Origin: Algicola sp.
Lineage (GTDB): Bacteria > Bacteroidota > Bacteroidia > Flavobacteriales > Flavobacteriaceae
Direction of reading: 5' to 3'
Length of the DNA: 53,786 nt
Assembly (NCBI GenBank): GCA_018222875.1
Contig: JAAEZL010000005.1
Location: 1-53,786, forward strand
Shown: in pieces, positions 17,430 through 25,633 of the stretch
Numbering within the stretch: position 1 is the stretch's first letter
How the letters are laid out: the number at the start of each line of letters is the position of its first letter
Notes under the pieces: model-generated
Databases searched by the model: none
What the model was told of the DNA's origin: nothing
Seen by the model: only the letters and a program-made list of their open reading frames with translations
Made by a program: the position numbers and the translations under genes

Positions 17430-19772
17430 TTACACCAACTCTTTACTTCCGTAACCATAGCCATAGCCATAATTATAGCCATAACCATAGGATCTGCTTG
17501 CTCCAACACCATTAATTACGTAAGCCATATTTTTAATCTTTCCTGACTCAAATAATTCTTCAGCAAAACTTAAAATCTTTTTCTCAGTAAAGTTAGCTCT
17601 GGAAATATAAACGGTAACATCAGCCAACTGCGAAATAAGCATCGTGTCGGTTACTAAAACTGTCGGTGCAGTATCAACTATAATGTAGTCATATATTTCT
17701 TTTGCTTCTTCAATGAGCGCTTTAAACCTTCCATTCGTTAATAAACTCGTAGGATTTGGAGGTATATTACCCGATAACAAAATATCATGATTTTGATGTC
17801 TGTCAAATCCTTTTACCAGATTAGTTTTCCAATCAAAAGTGGCATCATGCAAATAGTCTGAGAGTCCAACAGTAGTTTTATCGAAATTTGTATGTGTATG
17901 AATCTGAGGGTTACGCAAATCTGCTCCAATAAGTAACACTTTTTTGTTCATACTAGAGAGTGCCAAAGACAAATTGATACTAATAAAGGTTTTTCCTTCT
18001 CCTTTGATGGTAGATGTACAGTAAATTACTTTTCCTTTCTCTTCTTCCTGAACCGGAAGTAAGTAATTCACATTAGAACTTAATATCCTGAAAGATTCTG
18101 CTAAAACCGTTCTGTCATTAGGATCTGCAAATACAGCTTTTTCTTTTCTGTTAATATCCGGAATTTCAGCAATGATTGGAATCTTATTGTTAAGCTTTAA
18201 AATATCTTCTTTACCATGAATTTTAGTATCCAGCATAAAAATTAAATACAATATTGTAAACGGCACAAGTAAACCACCTAAAATTGCCGCAGCATAAGCT
18301 ACATTGGGTTTTGGTGTTATAGGGTTTGAAGATGATAAGGCGTAGTCAACCACTTTGATAGAAGGTTCTACGATGGCTAAGTTAATTGCCGCTTCCTCAC
18401 GTTTTTGCAACAAATAAAGGTATAAACTCTCCTTAATCATTTGCTGACGCTCAATCGCTCTTAATAATTTCTCCTTTTCTGGTATCTGTGATACTCTGCC
18501 AGCAAACTTCTGATTTCTTCTTGATAATTGGCCTTGTATTACTTTTAGTTGCTGTAAATAAGCACCTAAAGACTTTGAAATATTAGATCTCGCATCGTTA
18601 ATTTGTGTTTGGGTAAATTTTACCGTTGGGTTGTTCTCTCCACCACTTCTGATTAATTTGTCGCGCTCCAGAATTGCTGAATTATATTCATTAATTATGG
18701 AGTTTATATCACCACTTTCAAGACCAATATTTGCTGGTAATAAATCGTCTTCATCGTTATTATTAATGCTCTCTTGAAGCATCTCGGCAATTACAATCTG
18801 ACGTTCTACCTTAAATACCTCATCATCAGATTGAGATCGTTCTTCTAAACCTAAAGACGAGTCCAGAGTTAAATCTATTAAATTATTCTCTTCTTTGAAT
18901 TCTTTTCTACCGACTTCAATTGAATCTAATTCACTTGCCAAATAGAAAAAACGATCATCAATAAAATCCAGAGTACGTTGTGATACTAATTGTCTGTCTT
19001 TAATACCATCATTATCAAACACCTCTATAAGTTCATTTAAAATACGTTCTGAAAGCAGTTTACTTTCTCCTTTCATCGACAAACTCAGCAAATCACTTTC
19101 CTCACCAATAAGTCCAACCACAATACTTGATTTCAACCTTAATGTCGCTTCCTTTAGCGGTGTAAAGCTTACTATAAAACGTTTGCCCATTGATTCCTTT
19201 CTAGATACTTCATTGTCTATTCGTATCTCAAATGGCAAATCGTGTTTAAGTTCGTAACTATTATGGTTTGGAATTACAAAAACCTGTTCTGTTCTTAAAT
19301 GTGTGACTTCAAAACTGTTGTCCTTTACGTCAATATTGTATGATCTCATTCCAAGAATACTATCTGCAGCCATTTTTTGTTTAAAATAGAACGGTAACTC
19401 TGCAATTTGAGCAGTTTGTATGGTGCCCTCTTCATAAAATAACGTATTCAGCTTTAACTTTTTTGCTACTTCTTCTAAAATTATATAGGAGTTAAGAACC
19501 TCTATTTCATTTGCTAAGTTAATGTTAGAACGTTTAAAAATAAAAGCTGCAGTAGGAAGTGCCAATCCGTCAGATTCGTCTAACACTTTTATTTTAGCCG
19601 TAGTTTGGTATATTCTGGGTGCATACCTAATGTAGATGTAGGCACTTATTAAAGTAATGATTAATGTCAATACAAACCAAGGCCAATATCTGAGGTATTT
19701 TCTAAACTCCTGTTTAATATTAGACTTATCGTCTTCTAAATTGCTAAAGGTGTTATTTTGCTGAGTATTCAT
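17430..19772 (-). CDS. wzc: Polysaccharide co-polymerase / tyrosine autokinase
   Basis: Two TM helices around a coiled-coil; Walker A GEGKT, ADLRNP, IIVDTAP; Tyr cluster SYGYGYNYGYGYGY. Confidence 0.92.
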   Translation of the reverse strand: MNTQQNNTFSNLEDDKSNIKQEFRKYLRYWPWFVLTLIITLISAYIYIRYAPRIYQTTAKIKVLDESDGLALPTAAFIFKRSNINLANEIEVLNSYIILEEVAKKLKLNTLFYEEGTIQTAQIAELPFYFKQKMAADSILGMRSYNIDVKDNSFEVTHLRTEQVFVIPNHNSYELKHDLPFEIRIDNEVSRKESMGKRFIVSFTPLKEATLRLKSSIVVGLIGEESDLLSLSMKGESKLLSERILNELIEVFDNDGIKDRQLVSQRTLDFIDDRFFYLASELDSIEVGRKEFKEENNLIDLTLDSSLGLEERSQSDDEVFKVERQIVIAEMLQESINNNDEDDLLPANIGLESGDINSIINEYNSAILERDKLIRSGGENNPTVKFTQTQINDARSNISKSLGAYLQQLKVIQGQLSRRNQKFAGRVSQIPEKEKLLRAIERQQMIKESLYLYLLQKREEAAINLAIVEPSIKVVDYALSSSNPITPKPNVAYAAAILGGLLVPFTILYLIFMLDTKIHGKEDILKLNNKIPIIAEIPDINRKEKAVFADPNDRTVLAESFRILSSNVNYLLPVQEEEKGKVIYCTSTIKGEGKTFISINLSLALSSMNKKVLLIGADLRNPQIHTHTNFDKTTVGLSDYLHDATFDWKTNLVKGFDRHQNHDILLSGNIPPNPTSLLTNGRFKALIEEAKEIYDYIIVDTAPTVLVTDTMLISQLADVTVYISRANFTEKKILSFAEELFESGKIKNMAYVINGVGASRSYGYGYNYGYGYGYGSKELV

Positions 19773-19774
19773 AA

Positions 19775-20530
19775 CTATCGGGACAATATAATAATAGAAC
19801 TTAATGCTACAGTAGCTATTGCCAGAACAGTAGTTAAACCAGTAACATAACCCGAATTAGTAACCCTTGGTTTATTTTGGTTGACAATAATGGTATCATT
19901 AGGTTTAATATAGAAAAATTCTGAACTCATAAAGTCTGTATTAGTTAAATCAAGATGTGTAATAGACCTTACACCATCAATATCTCTGGTGATGATTACA
20001 TCATTTCGTTTCCCATTAATGGTTAAATCGCCTGCATACCCAAGGGCTTGTAAAAGGGTAATGTTCGGCTCTGAAAAATTATAGGTTCCTGGCTCATTTA
20101 CCTCTCCCAAGATGGTCACTTTTGCATTCACTACACGAACTCTTACGGTAGGATCATTTAAATGACCGCCTTCAACCAATAAGTTCCTGATTTTAACTTC
20201 TGCTTCATTCATCGTTAGGTTAGAAAGAGGTATTTCTCCTAAGACAGGGAAATTTATAATTCCTTCTTTAGAGACTAAATACCCATCCAATTGGAGAACT
20301 AGTAAACTAATTTGATTAATACTACCCACTTTATTGTAAGGTTCAGCCGCTTCTGGCACTAAAGTTTCTACGTCAATTTTTAAGATGTCGTTAGGCTGTA
20401 TGGTTGTTTGTTGATAATTAATTTGAGTGGTATTATTTTGTCCACCATCTTGTATATACCAAATATCTTTTTTAGATGCGCAAGATGATAACATCAGGAC
20501 ACATAAAAATACGACAAAATTTAGCTTCAT
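19775..20530 (-). CDS. wza: Polysaccharide export lipoprotein (Wza/OPX family)
   Basis: Lipobox LSS-C; IQPNDIL, GIINFPVLGEI, LGEVNEPG, AGDLTINGKR; next to wzc. Confidence 0.88.
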   Translation of the reverse strand: MKLNFVVFLCVLMLSSCASKKDIWYIQDGGQNNTTQINYQQTTIQPNDILKIDVETLVPEAAEPYNKVGSINQISLLVLQLDGYLVSKEGIINFPVLGEIPLSNLTMNEAEVKIRNLLVEGGHLNDPTVRVRVVNAKVTILGEVNEPGTYNFSEPNITLLQALGYAGDLTINGKRNDVIITRDIDGVRSITHLDLTNTDFMSSEFFYIKPNDTIIVNQNKPRVTNSGYVTGLTTVLAIATVALSSIIILSR

Positions 20531-20554
20531 AATTCTATTAGTATGTTAAGCAAG

Positions 20555-20562
20555 CAAATATA
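20555..20562 (-). promoter_or_regulatory. Putative internal -7 promoter element for wza-wzc
   Basis: Reverse complement reads TATATTTG, 24 nt before the wza start. Confidence 0.55.
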
Positions 20563-20617
20563 ATCTATTTCAAGGAATCACAAAGCGGTAAAACAATTGA
20601 TTTATTATTAAGGATAA

Positions 20618-21730
20618 TTATACTTTGATACTTTTTTTGTTTTTATTCATTAATCTAATAATGACAAAAGGGAGACAGTACATGATAGATCCATAAATTA
20701 AAAGCAGTCCAATTTGTGTATTTAAGTTCAAATGCAGCATATGAAAAGCGATAATGACAATCAATAAATTGATAAATACCACAGTAAATGTTGTTTGGAT
20801 ATGAGAGAATCCTGCCTGAATAAATCTATGATGAATATGGTTTTTATCTGCTTCGAATGGACTTTTTTTCAGAATAAAAATTCGAATCACAAAGATTCTT
20901 AAAGTATCAATTAAGGGAAAGAACAGCATAGCAAAAGCTAAGGCTGGCGAAGCTCTGTAATACTCAGAGTCTATATTTGTTTGCGATTGTGAGATAAAAC
21001 TAATTGTAAAAAACGCGAGTAAAAAGCCGACAATCATTGACCCAGTATCTCCCATAAAAATTTTATTCTTTGAAGAAAAATTCGACTTTAGAAATGCTAA
21101 CAAAGCTCCTATGAGCGCCACAGAAATAGTTGCCAGGCTTAGAGCTCCTGAATTGTAAAAGAGAATCGTAAAAAAGATGCTGATTAACAGAGCAACACAA
21201 CCTGCCAATCCATCAACACCATCAATAAGATTATAAGCATTTATAATGAGTATGTAAACAAATAACGTAAAGCCAATAGACACCCAATACGGTAATATAT
21301 CTACGTCAAAAATTTTTGAAAAACCGATAATACGAGTATCTGTAAAAACAATTAATAATAAGGCGGCTAACAATTGACCAATAAACTTTTTACGTGCTGA
21401 AAGAACAGTTAAATCATCTTTAAGTCCAAGAAAAAAGAGTATGGTTAAACCACCCATTACGAGAAGCAATACTTTGGTATTAAGCATAGCGCCTACGATA
21501 GTCATTACGACCACCAAACTGAAAAAAATACCAATACCACCTAATGTTGGTGTTTTACTCGAATGCAGACTTCTGCTATCCGGCTCATCCATAAGGTGCT
21601 TTTCTTTAGCTACATAAAGAATAGTTGGAAAGGTCTGGTATGCAATGACGAATGCCAATACAAACGCACACAAAAGCCATATAATAGGACTATTTTCGGG
21701 ATTAAAATTTTCAAGTAATGTTTTAATCAT
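20618..21730 (-). CDS. Undecaprenyl-phosphate GlcNAc-1-phosphate transferase (WecA/MraY family), initiating transferase
   Basis: TPTLGGIG, GLKDD, NAYNLIDGVDGLA, KIFMGDTGS, HIHH; many TM helices. Confidence 0.88.
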   Translation of the reverse strand: MIKTLLENFNPENSPIIWLLCAFVLAFVIAYQTFPTILYVAKEKHLMDEPDSRSLHSSKTPTLGGIGIFFSLVVVMTIVGAMLNTKVLLLVMGGLTILFFLGLKDDLTVLSARKKFIGQLLAALLLIVFTDTRIIGFSKIFDVDILPYWVSIGFTLFVYILIINAYNLIDGVDGLAGCVALLISIFFTILFYNSGALSLATISVALIGALLAFLKSNFSSKNKIFMGDTGSMIVGFLLAFFTISFISQSQTNIDSEYYRASPALAFAMLFFPLIDTLRIFVIRIFILKKSPFEADKNHIHHRFIQAGFSHIQTTFTVVFINLLIVIIAFHMLHLNLNTQIGLLLIYGSIMYCLPFVIIRLMNKNKKSIKV

Positions 21731-21787
21731 ACGTAGAATACAATATGAAAATATATCATATATTTAATTAATAGCAATTGCAAGATA

Positions 21788-21795
21788 CAAATTTA
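21788..21795 (-). promoter_or_regulatory. Putative -7 promoter element for the wecA-like gene
   Basis: Reverse complement reads TAAATTTG. Confidence 0.45.
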
Positions 21796-21855
21796 AAAAC
21801 TAAAGCGAATAATCCTTGTATTAATGCAAAATTATAAAGAAGACTTATCTTTATA

Positions 21856-22956
21856 TTAACTATTTGATAATAGTGCTTTTAGTGAATCAATAATACGTGT
21901 AGCTGTTTGACCATCCCATAGCGGAATATCATTTCCTTTTTTCCAGTCACCTGAGAATAGTTTATCTAAATAAGGTTTTAAGTTTTTTGGGTTTGTTCCT
22001 ACCAATTCGTTTGTTCCTAAAGTAATGGTTTCAGGACGTTCGGTATTATCTCTGAGCGTTAAACAAGGCACTCTAAGTATGGATGCTTCTTCAGTTATTC
22101 CACCGGAATCTGTTATGACTGCTTTAGCACGTTCTACCAGATAATTAAACTCTAAATAACTTAAAGGTTCTACCATGTGAAGCCTTGGATGACTTATGTG
22201 AAGCCTTTCGAGTATTTTAGCGGTTCTTGGATGCACTGGAAACACTAAGGGTAAGTTTTGTGTGTTAGCAGTAATTTCATCAATCATCTCTTTAAGTTGC
22301 GACTCTTCATCAACATTGGCAGGTCTGTGAAGCGTCATCACGATATACTTACCTTCAGAAAGATGTAAGTCATTCCAAACCTGAGGTTTTCTAAAGTTTG
22401 GCTGTTGCTTCATTAAGGTATCAATCATCGTATTTCCGACGAAAAATATCTGATGTGCATTTACACCACTTTTTTTCAAATTTTCGTTTGCAGTTTCCGA
22501 CGTTGTAAAAAAGTAATTCGTAATGCTATCGGTTACTAACCTGTTTATTTCCTCTGGCATCGTCCAGTCGTCTGAACGAATTCCACCTTCGACATGTGCT
22601 ACCTTTGTGTGCAACTTTTGGGCTACCAAAGCACAAGCCATAGTAGACGTTACATCGCCAACAACCAACACCAGATCTGCTGGGTTAGCCAGTAACTCTT
22701 TTTCAAAAGCAATCATGATGTTTGCCGTTTGTTCAGCCTGAGAACCTCCACTACACTCTAAATTTACATCTGGCTCTGGAATTTCAAGCTGTTCAAAAAA
22801 GCTACCAGACATATTTTTATCGTAGTGCTGACCCGTATGAACCAATCTGTAGCTCATATTGAATCCTTCTGAATTAGCGTTTTGTATGGCATGAATAATA
22901 GGCGCAATTTTCATGAAATTTGGTCTTGCTCCTGCGATTATTGTTATTGTGTACAT
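21856..22956 (-). CDS. wecB: UDP-N-acetylglucosamine 2-epimerase (non-hydrolysing)
   Basis: GARPNFMK, HTGQHYD, GDVTST, HVEGGIRS, MPEEINR, TDSGG, TERPE. Confidence 0.93.
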   Translation of the reverse strand: MYTITIIAGARPNFMKIAPIIHAIQNANSEGFNMSYRLVHTGQHYDKNMSGSFFEQLEIPEPDVNLECSGGSQAEQTANIMIAFEKELLANPADLVLVVGDVTSTMACALVAQKLHTKVAHVEGGIRSDDWTMPEEINRLVTDSITNYFFTTSETANENLKKSGVNAHQIFFVGNTMIDTLMKQQPNFRKPQVWNDLHLSEGKYIVMTLHRPANVDEESQLKEMIDEITANTQNLPLVFPVHPRTAKILERLHISHPRLHMVEPLSYLEFNYLVERAKAVITDSGGITEEASILRVPCLTLRDNTERPETITLGTNELVGTNPKNLKPYLDKLFSGDWKKGNDIPLWDGQTATRIIDSLKALLSNS

Positions 22957-22983
22957 TAGATGTGGTTTTCTATATTGTTATAT

Positions 22984-23033
22984 TCTCGATACAATTTTAG
23001 CTCATTGCAATCGCTAAAATCACTCGAATTGAC
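22984..23033. repeat. REP-like imperfect palindrome
   Basis: TCTCGATACAATTTTAGC...GCTAAAATCACTCGAATTGAC: inner ATTTTAGC/GCTAAAAT stem with flanking TCGA pairing. Resembles dispersed Flavobacteriaceae intergenic palindromes (recalled, not searched). Confidence 0.6.
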
Positions 23034-23146
23034 GGGAATTGACCCGAACTCACCCGAATTGACCCGAACTCACCCGAAGTAAACCCGAAGTAAACCCGAA
23101 GGAGACCCGAACTAGACCCGAACTAGACTCAAAGTAAATCAGAACT
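23021..23146. repeat. Degenerate tandem repeat, about 12 units of 10-11 bp (core ACCCGAA)
   Basis: cactcgaatt gacgggaatt gacccgaact cacccgaatt gacccgaact cacccgaagt aaacccgaagt aaacccgaagg agacccgaact agacccgaact agactcaaagt aaatcagaact. Confidence 0.9.
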
Positions 23147-23240
23147 TAGCTCCCGTTACAAACACTTGTTATTTAATCCAACTTTTTATTTGTTTTCATG
23201 TTGTAGGGAATAGATTTTCTAATCTGTGCTAAATTTATAC

Positions 23241-23424
23241 TTTCTTTTTGCATTGCCCAAAAAAGATGTAAAAAACTCTGGGTTTACGATTGCTTATCTA
23301 AATTTATCATTCGATGCCTAAAATTTAGGAACTCGCTTTAAACATAAAACCTTCATTGGTGTGTTTCACTGCTCAAACAGCCTAAAATTTTTTACGGCAT
23401 TCTCATTTCAAATTTTACGATACC
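23241..23424. repeat. Possible MITE-like or structured dispersed repeat
   Basis: Non-coding; GCCTAAAATTT at 23316 and 23380; TTTACGAT at 23283 and 23414; CCTAAA-A-TTTAGG inverted repeat. Similarity to a Flavobacteriaceae repeat is from memory only. Confidence 0.35.
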
Positions 23425-23724
23425 TTTTCGATAGGCCGTTGACCCTTCATTGTAGATCTCGTTTTTCATTAGACTATTTTTAGTAGGTTTTTGGTTTGTG
23501 TCATGAGGTAAACTCTTTATTGGAATGATGAGCTATTGCTCTTAGCCTTATGTGATTTAGCTTAGCTGAACCTTCGGTTTCTCCACGATGGTCGGAAACC
23601 TAACGCAGTGGTTCTACGCAGTAATAGACAACATAGCGTGTTTTGACTTAAAAGATTGGCTTTGATGAATCTGAAAGGTTTTCTTATTTGTGGGAATGAC
23701 AGCTTTGTGTAATTTTTATTTTAA

Positions 23725-24423
23725 TTAATACCTCCCTAAATGCAAGTTTACAAAAAATCTCACCAAATGGATTTGCCGTTTTATTCGTGATGGCTGACTG
23801 AGTAATCTGTAGGTCCATTCCATATTGTTTTTTACCCACCAGTCTGGAGCTCTTTTTACATTACCTGTATACACATCATAACTTCCGCCCAAACCTTGAT
23901 ACACAGCTTGATGTGACTGCTGCATTTTCTCCATTAAATTCTCCTGTTTTGGTGAACCCATGGCTACAAAAACAACATCTGGTCTGTGCTTAGTTATATC
24001 TTCAATGAGCGCCTGCTCTTCTTCTTCAGTTTTAATATAACCGTTTCTGAAATTGCAAATGGTTATGCCTTTAAATTCAGATTTCAATTTGTTTACAGTG
24101 TCTTCAATTATCTCCTGTTTGCCTCCAACCAAATAAAATGTTTTGGTTTTGTAATACTTCTGAACGACATCTAACCAAAGTTCACATCCCGGAATTTTAA
24201 CCACGTCTTTAGCTCCTTTTTTCTGAAGTGCCCAAACTGCTCCAATACCATCCGGATAACCAAGATTTCTATTAATGAGCGCTCGGCTGTCATCAGTTGC
24301 GTGAAGAATTTTTTCAGCATTTACAGCCACCATAATCTTATGATGATCAAAAGCGTATTGCATCAGTTCTTCTCTGGACTTTGGAGCGAAAGTCATCACG
24401 CCATTTAAGGACTTAGCTTCCAT
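23725..24423 (-). CDS. WecG/TagA/CpsF family glycosyltransferase (GT26)
   Basis: VNAEK, PDGIG, VAMGSPKQE, GLGGSYD, RAP, MEWTYRL. Confidence 0.9.
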   Translation of the reverse strand: MEAKSLNGVMTFAPKSREELMQYAFDHHKIMVAVNAEKILHATDDSRALINRNLGYPDGIGAVWALQKKGAKDVVKIPGCELWLDVVQKYYKTKTFYLVGGKQEIIEDTVNKLKSEFKGITICNFRNGYIKTEEEEQALIEDITKHRPDVVFVAMGSPKQENLMEKMQQSHQAVYQGLGGSYDVYTGNVKRAPDWWVKNNMEWTYRLLSQPSRIKRQIHLVRFFVNLHLGRY

Positions 24424-25633
24424 GAGTTTCAGATTTAGATTCTAATAAAAAATGTGCCATCGCATTAAACATAAAGGCATTACTCCATCTCATATATGAT
24501 ATTTTTGAGCTGATTCCCTTTTTTAACTGGTAATAAAAATAGCCTTTTTTATGTTGCATATTGTCTATCGTCCAATTTAAAACTTTTGATAACAACACCT
24601 CGTTTTCCTTGAAACGGTTAAGTTTAGACAAGGTTACAATCACCTGAGCAGGACAATGAATATCAATAGGATAGGTTTTATTGTGGTAATATTTAGGCAT
24701 CCCATTAGCTTCAAAAAAGTGTTTCAAATAATAGTCTGTTCCTTTGTCTATATGCTTCTGAAAACTATAATCTTCTGTGTTTTGCTGATAGGTTTCAATG
24801 GCATCTAAGTTGAAGCCTGTATGGAAACTATCTTTCCAGGATTGCACAGGAAGTAATCCGTAAATCCAGGAACCATCGTCTTCCTGTAACTCACAAGCCG
24901 CAACAACAGCTTGTTTAGCCAAATTTGCGTGCTCCTGGTTTTTAGTGTATTTGTAAGAATAACTTAAAATTTTTGCTCCTAATAAAGACGCATTGATAAC
25001 TGTATTGTTTCCATCTTTAATACTGTAGGAAAAAATAATGCCCTTGCCGTGAGGTGTTCGTGACAAATCGTTAAGTACAAACTCTGCTGCAGATAAGGTG
25101 TCGTTTAAAACCGTTTCATTTTTAGTGATTTCGTAGCTTTCCAGTAAAGCTTCAACACAAAAACAAGTCGCTACTACTGTTGGAGTGTGCTTTTGAAACA
25201 AAAATAAGCGTCTCGCCTGCCAGTCAAAATTATAACCCCAAGCCGAACCGGAATACCCTTGACTTCTCAAGCTTAATAACAAGTCTGTTATCTCATTGAT
25301 TTGTTTTAGAATCTCTTCTTTGGTTCCAAAATCTTCACAACCTTGTTCTGCCAGTCTGTATAATCGACAATAGGCTAAGAGAAAGAGTCCAACACCTTTA
25401 GCATTGTGCTCTTTTGGAACTAATAATAGTTTTCTGAAGTTAATCGGACTTCTTTTAAACCCTTGAATCCATGCTAATCGTGCTACATCCCAATGTTTAA
25501 AAGGCAAGGCCTGAAACACTTTTGAATTTAAGCCATCATACGGGTCCCAACCTTTAAAGTTTTCGGCTTCGCAGTAGGCCTTCAGTTTTAAAAAACTTGT
25601 ATGTACTTTAGATGTCAATTTGCTGTCCTCCAC
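24413..25633 (-). CDS. Polysaccharide-locus protein, putative (alpha/alpha)6-barrel
   Basis: GWDPYDGLNS, WGYNFDWQ, DGSWIYG, DSFHTGF, YPIDIH, YMRWSNA; repeated helix-aromatic pattern; function not assignable. Confidence 0.6.
   Translation of the reverse strand: MEDSKLTSKVHTSFLKLKAYCEAENFKGWDPYDGLNSKVFQALPFKHWDVARLAWIQGFKRSPINFRKLLLVPKEHNAKGVGLFLLAYCRLYRLAEQGCEDFGTKEEILKQINEITDLLLSLRSQGYSGSAWGYNFDWQARRLFLFQKHTPTVVATCFCVEALLESYEITKNETVLNDTLSAAEFVLNDLSRTPHGKGIIFSYSIKDGNNTVINASLLGAKILSYSYKYTKNQEHANLAKQAVVAACELQEDDGSWIYGLLPVQSWKDSFHTGFNLDAIETYQQNTEDYSFQKHIDKGTDYYLKHFFEANGMPKYYHNKTYPIDIHCPAQVIVTLSKLNRFKENEVLLSKVLNWTIDNMQHKKGYFYYQLKKGISSKISYMRWSNAFMFNAMAHFLLESKSETHGS

Noticed and set aside
17445-17490. 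Short (CCATAG/CCATAA)-type repeat
   Set aside because: It encodes the normal Tyr-Gly phosphorylation cluster of Wzc.
23021-23146. Repeat array as a CRISPR
   Set aside because: Units are 10-11 bp and contiguous, with no unique spacers and no cas genes nearby.
23392-23469. 25-aa minus-strand ORF MKNEIYNEGSTAYRKGIVKFEMRMP
   Set aside because: Short, no paralog or motif, and it overlaps the putative repeat element; expected by chance.
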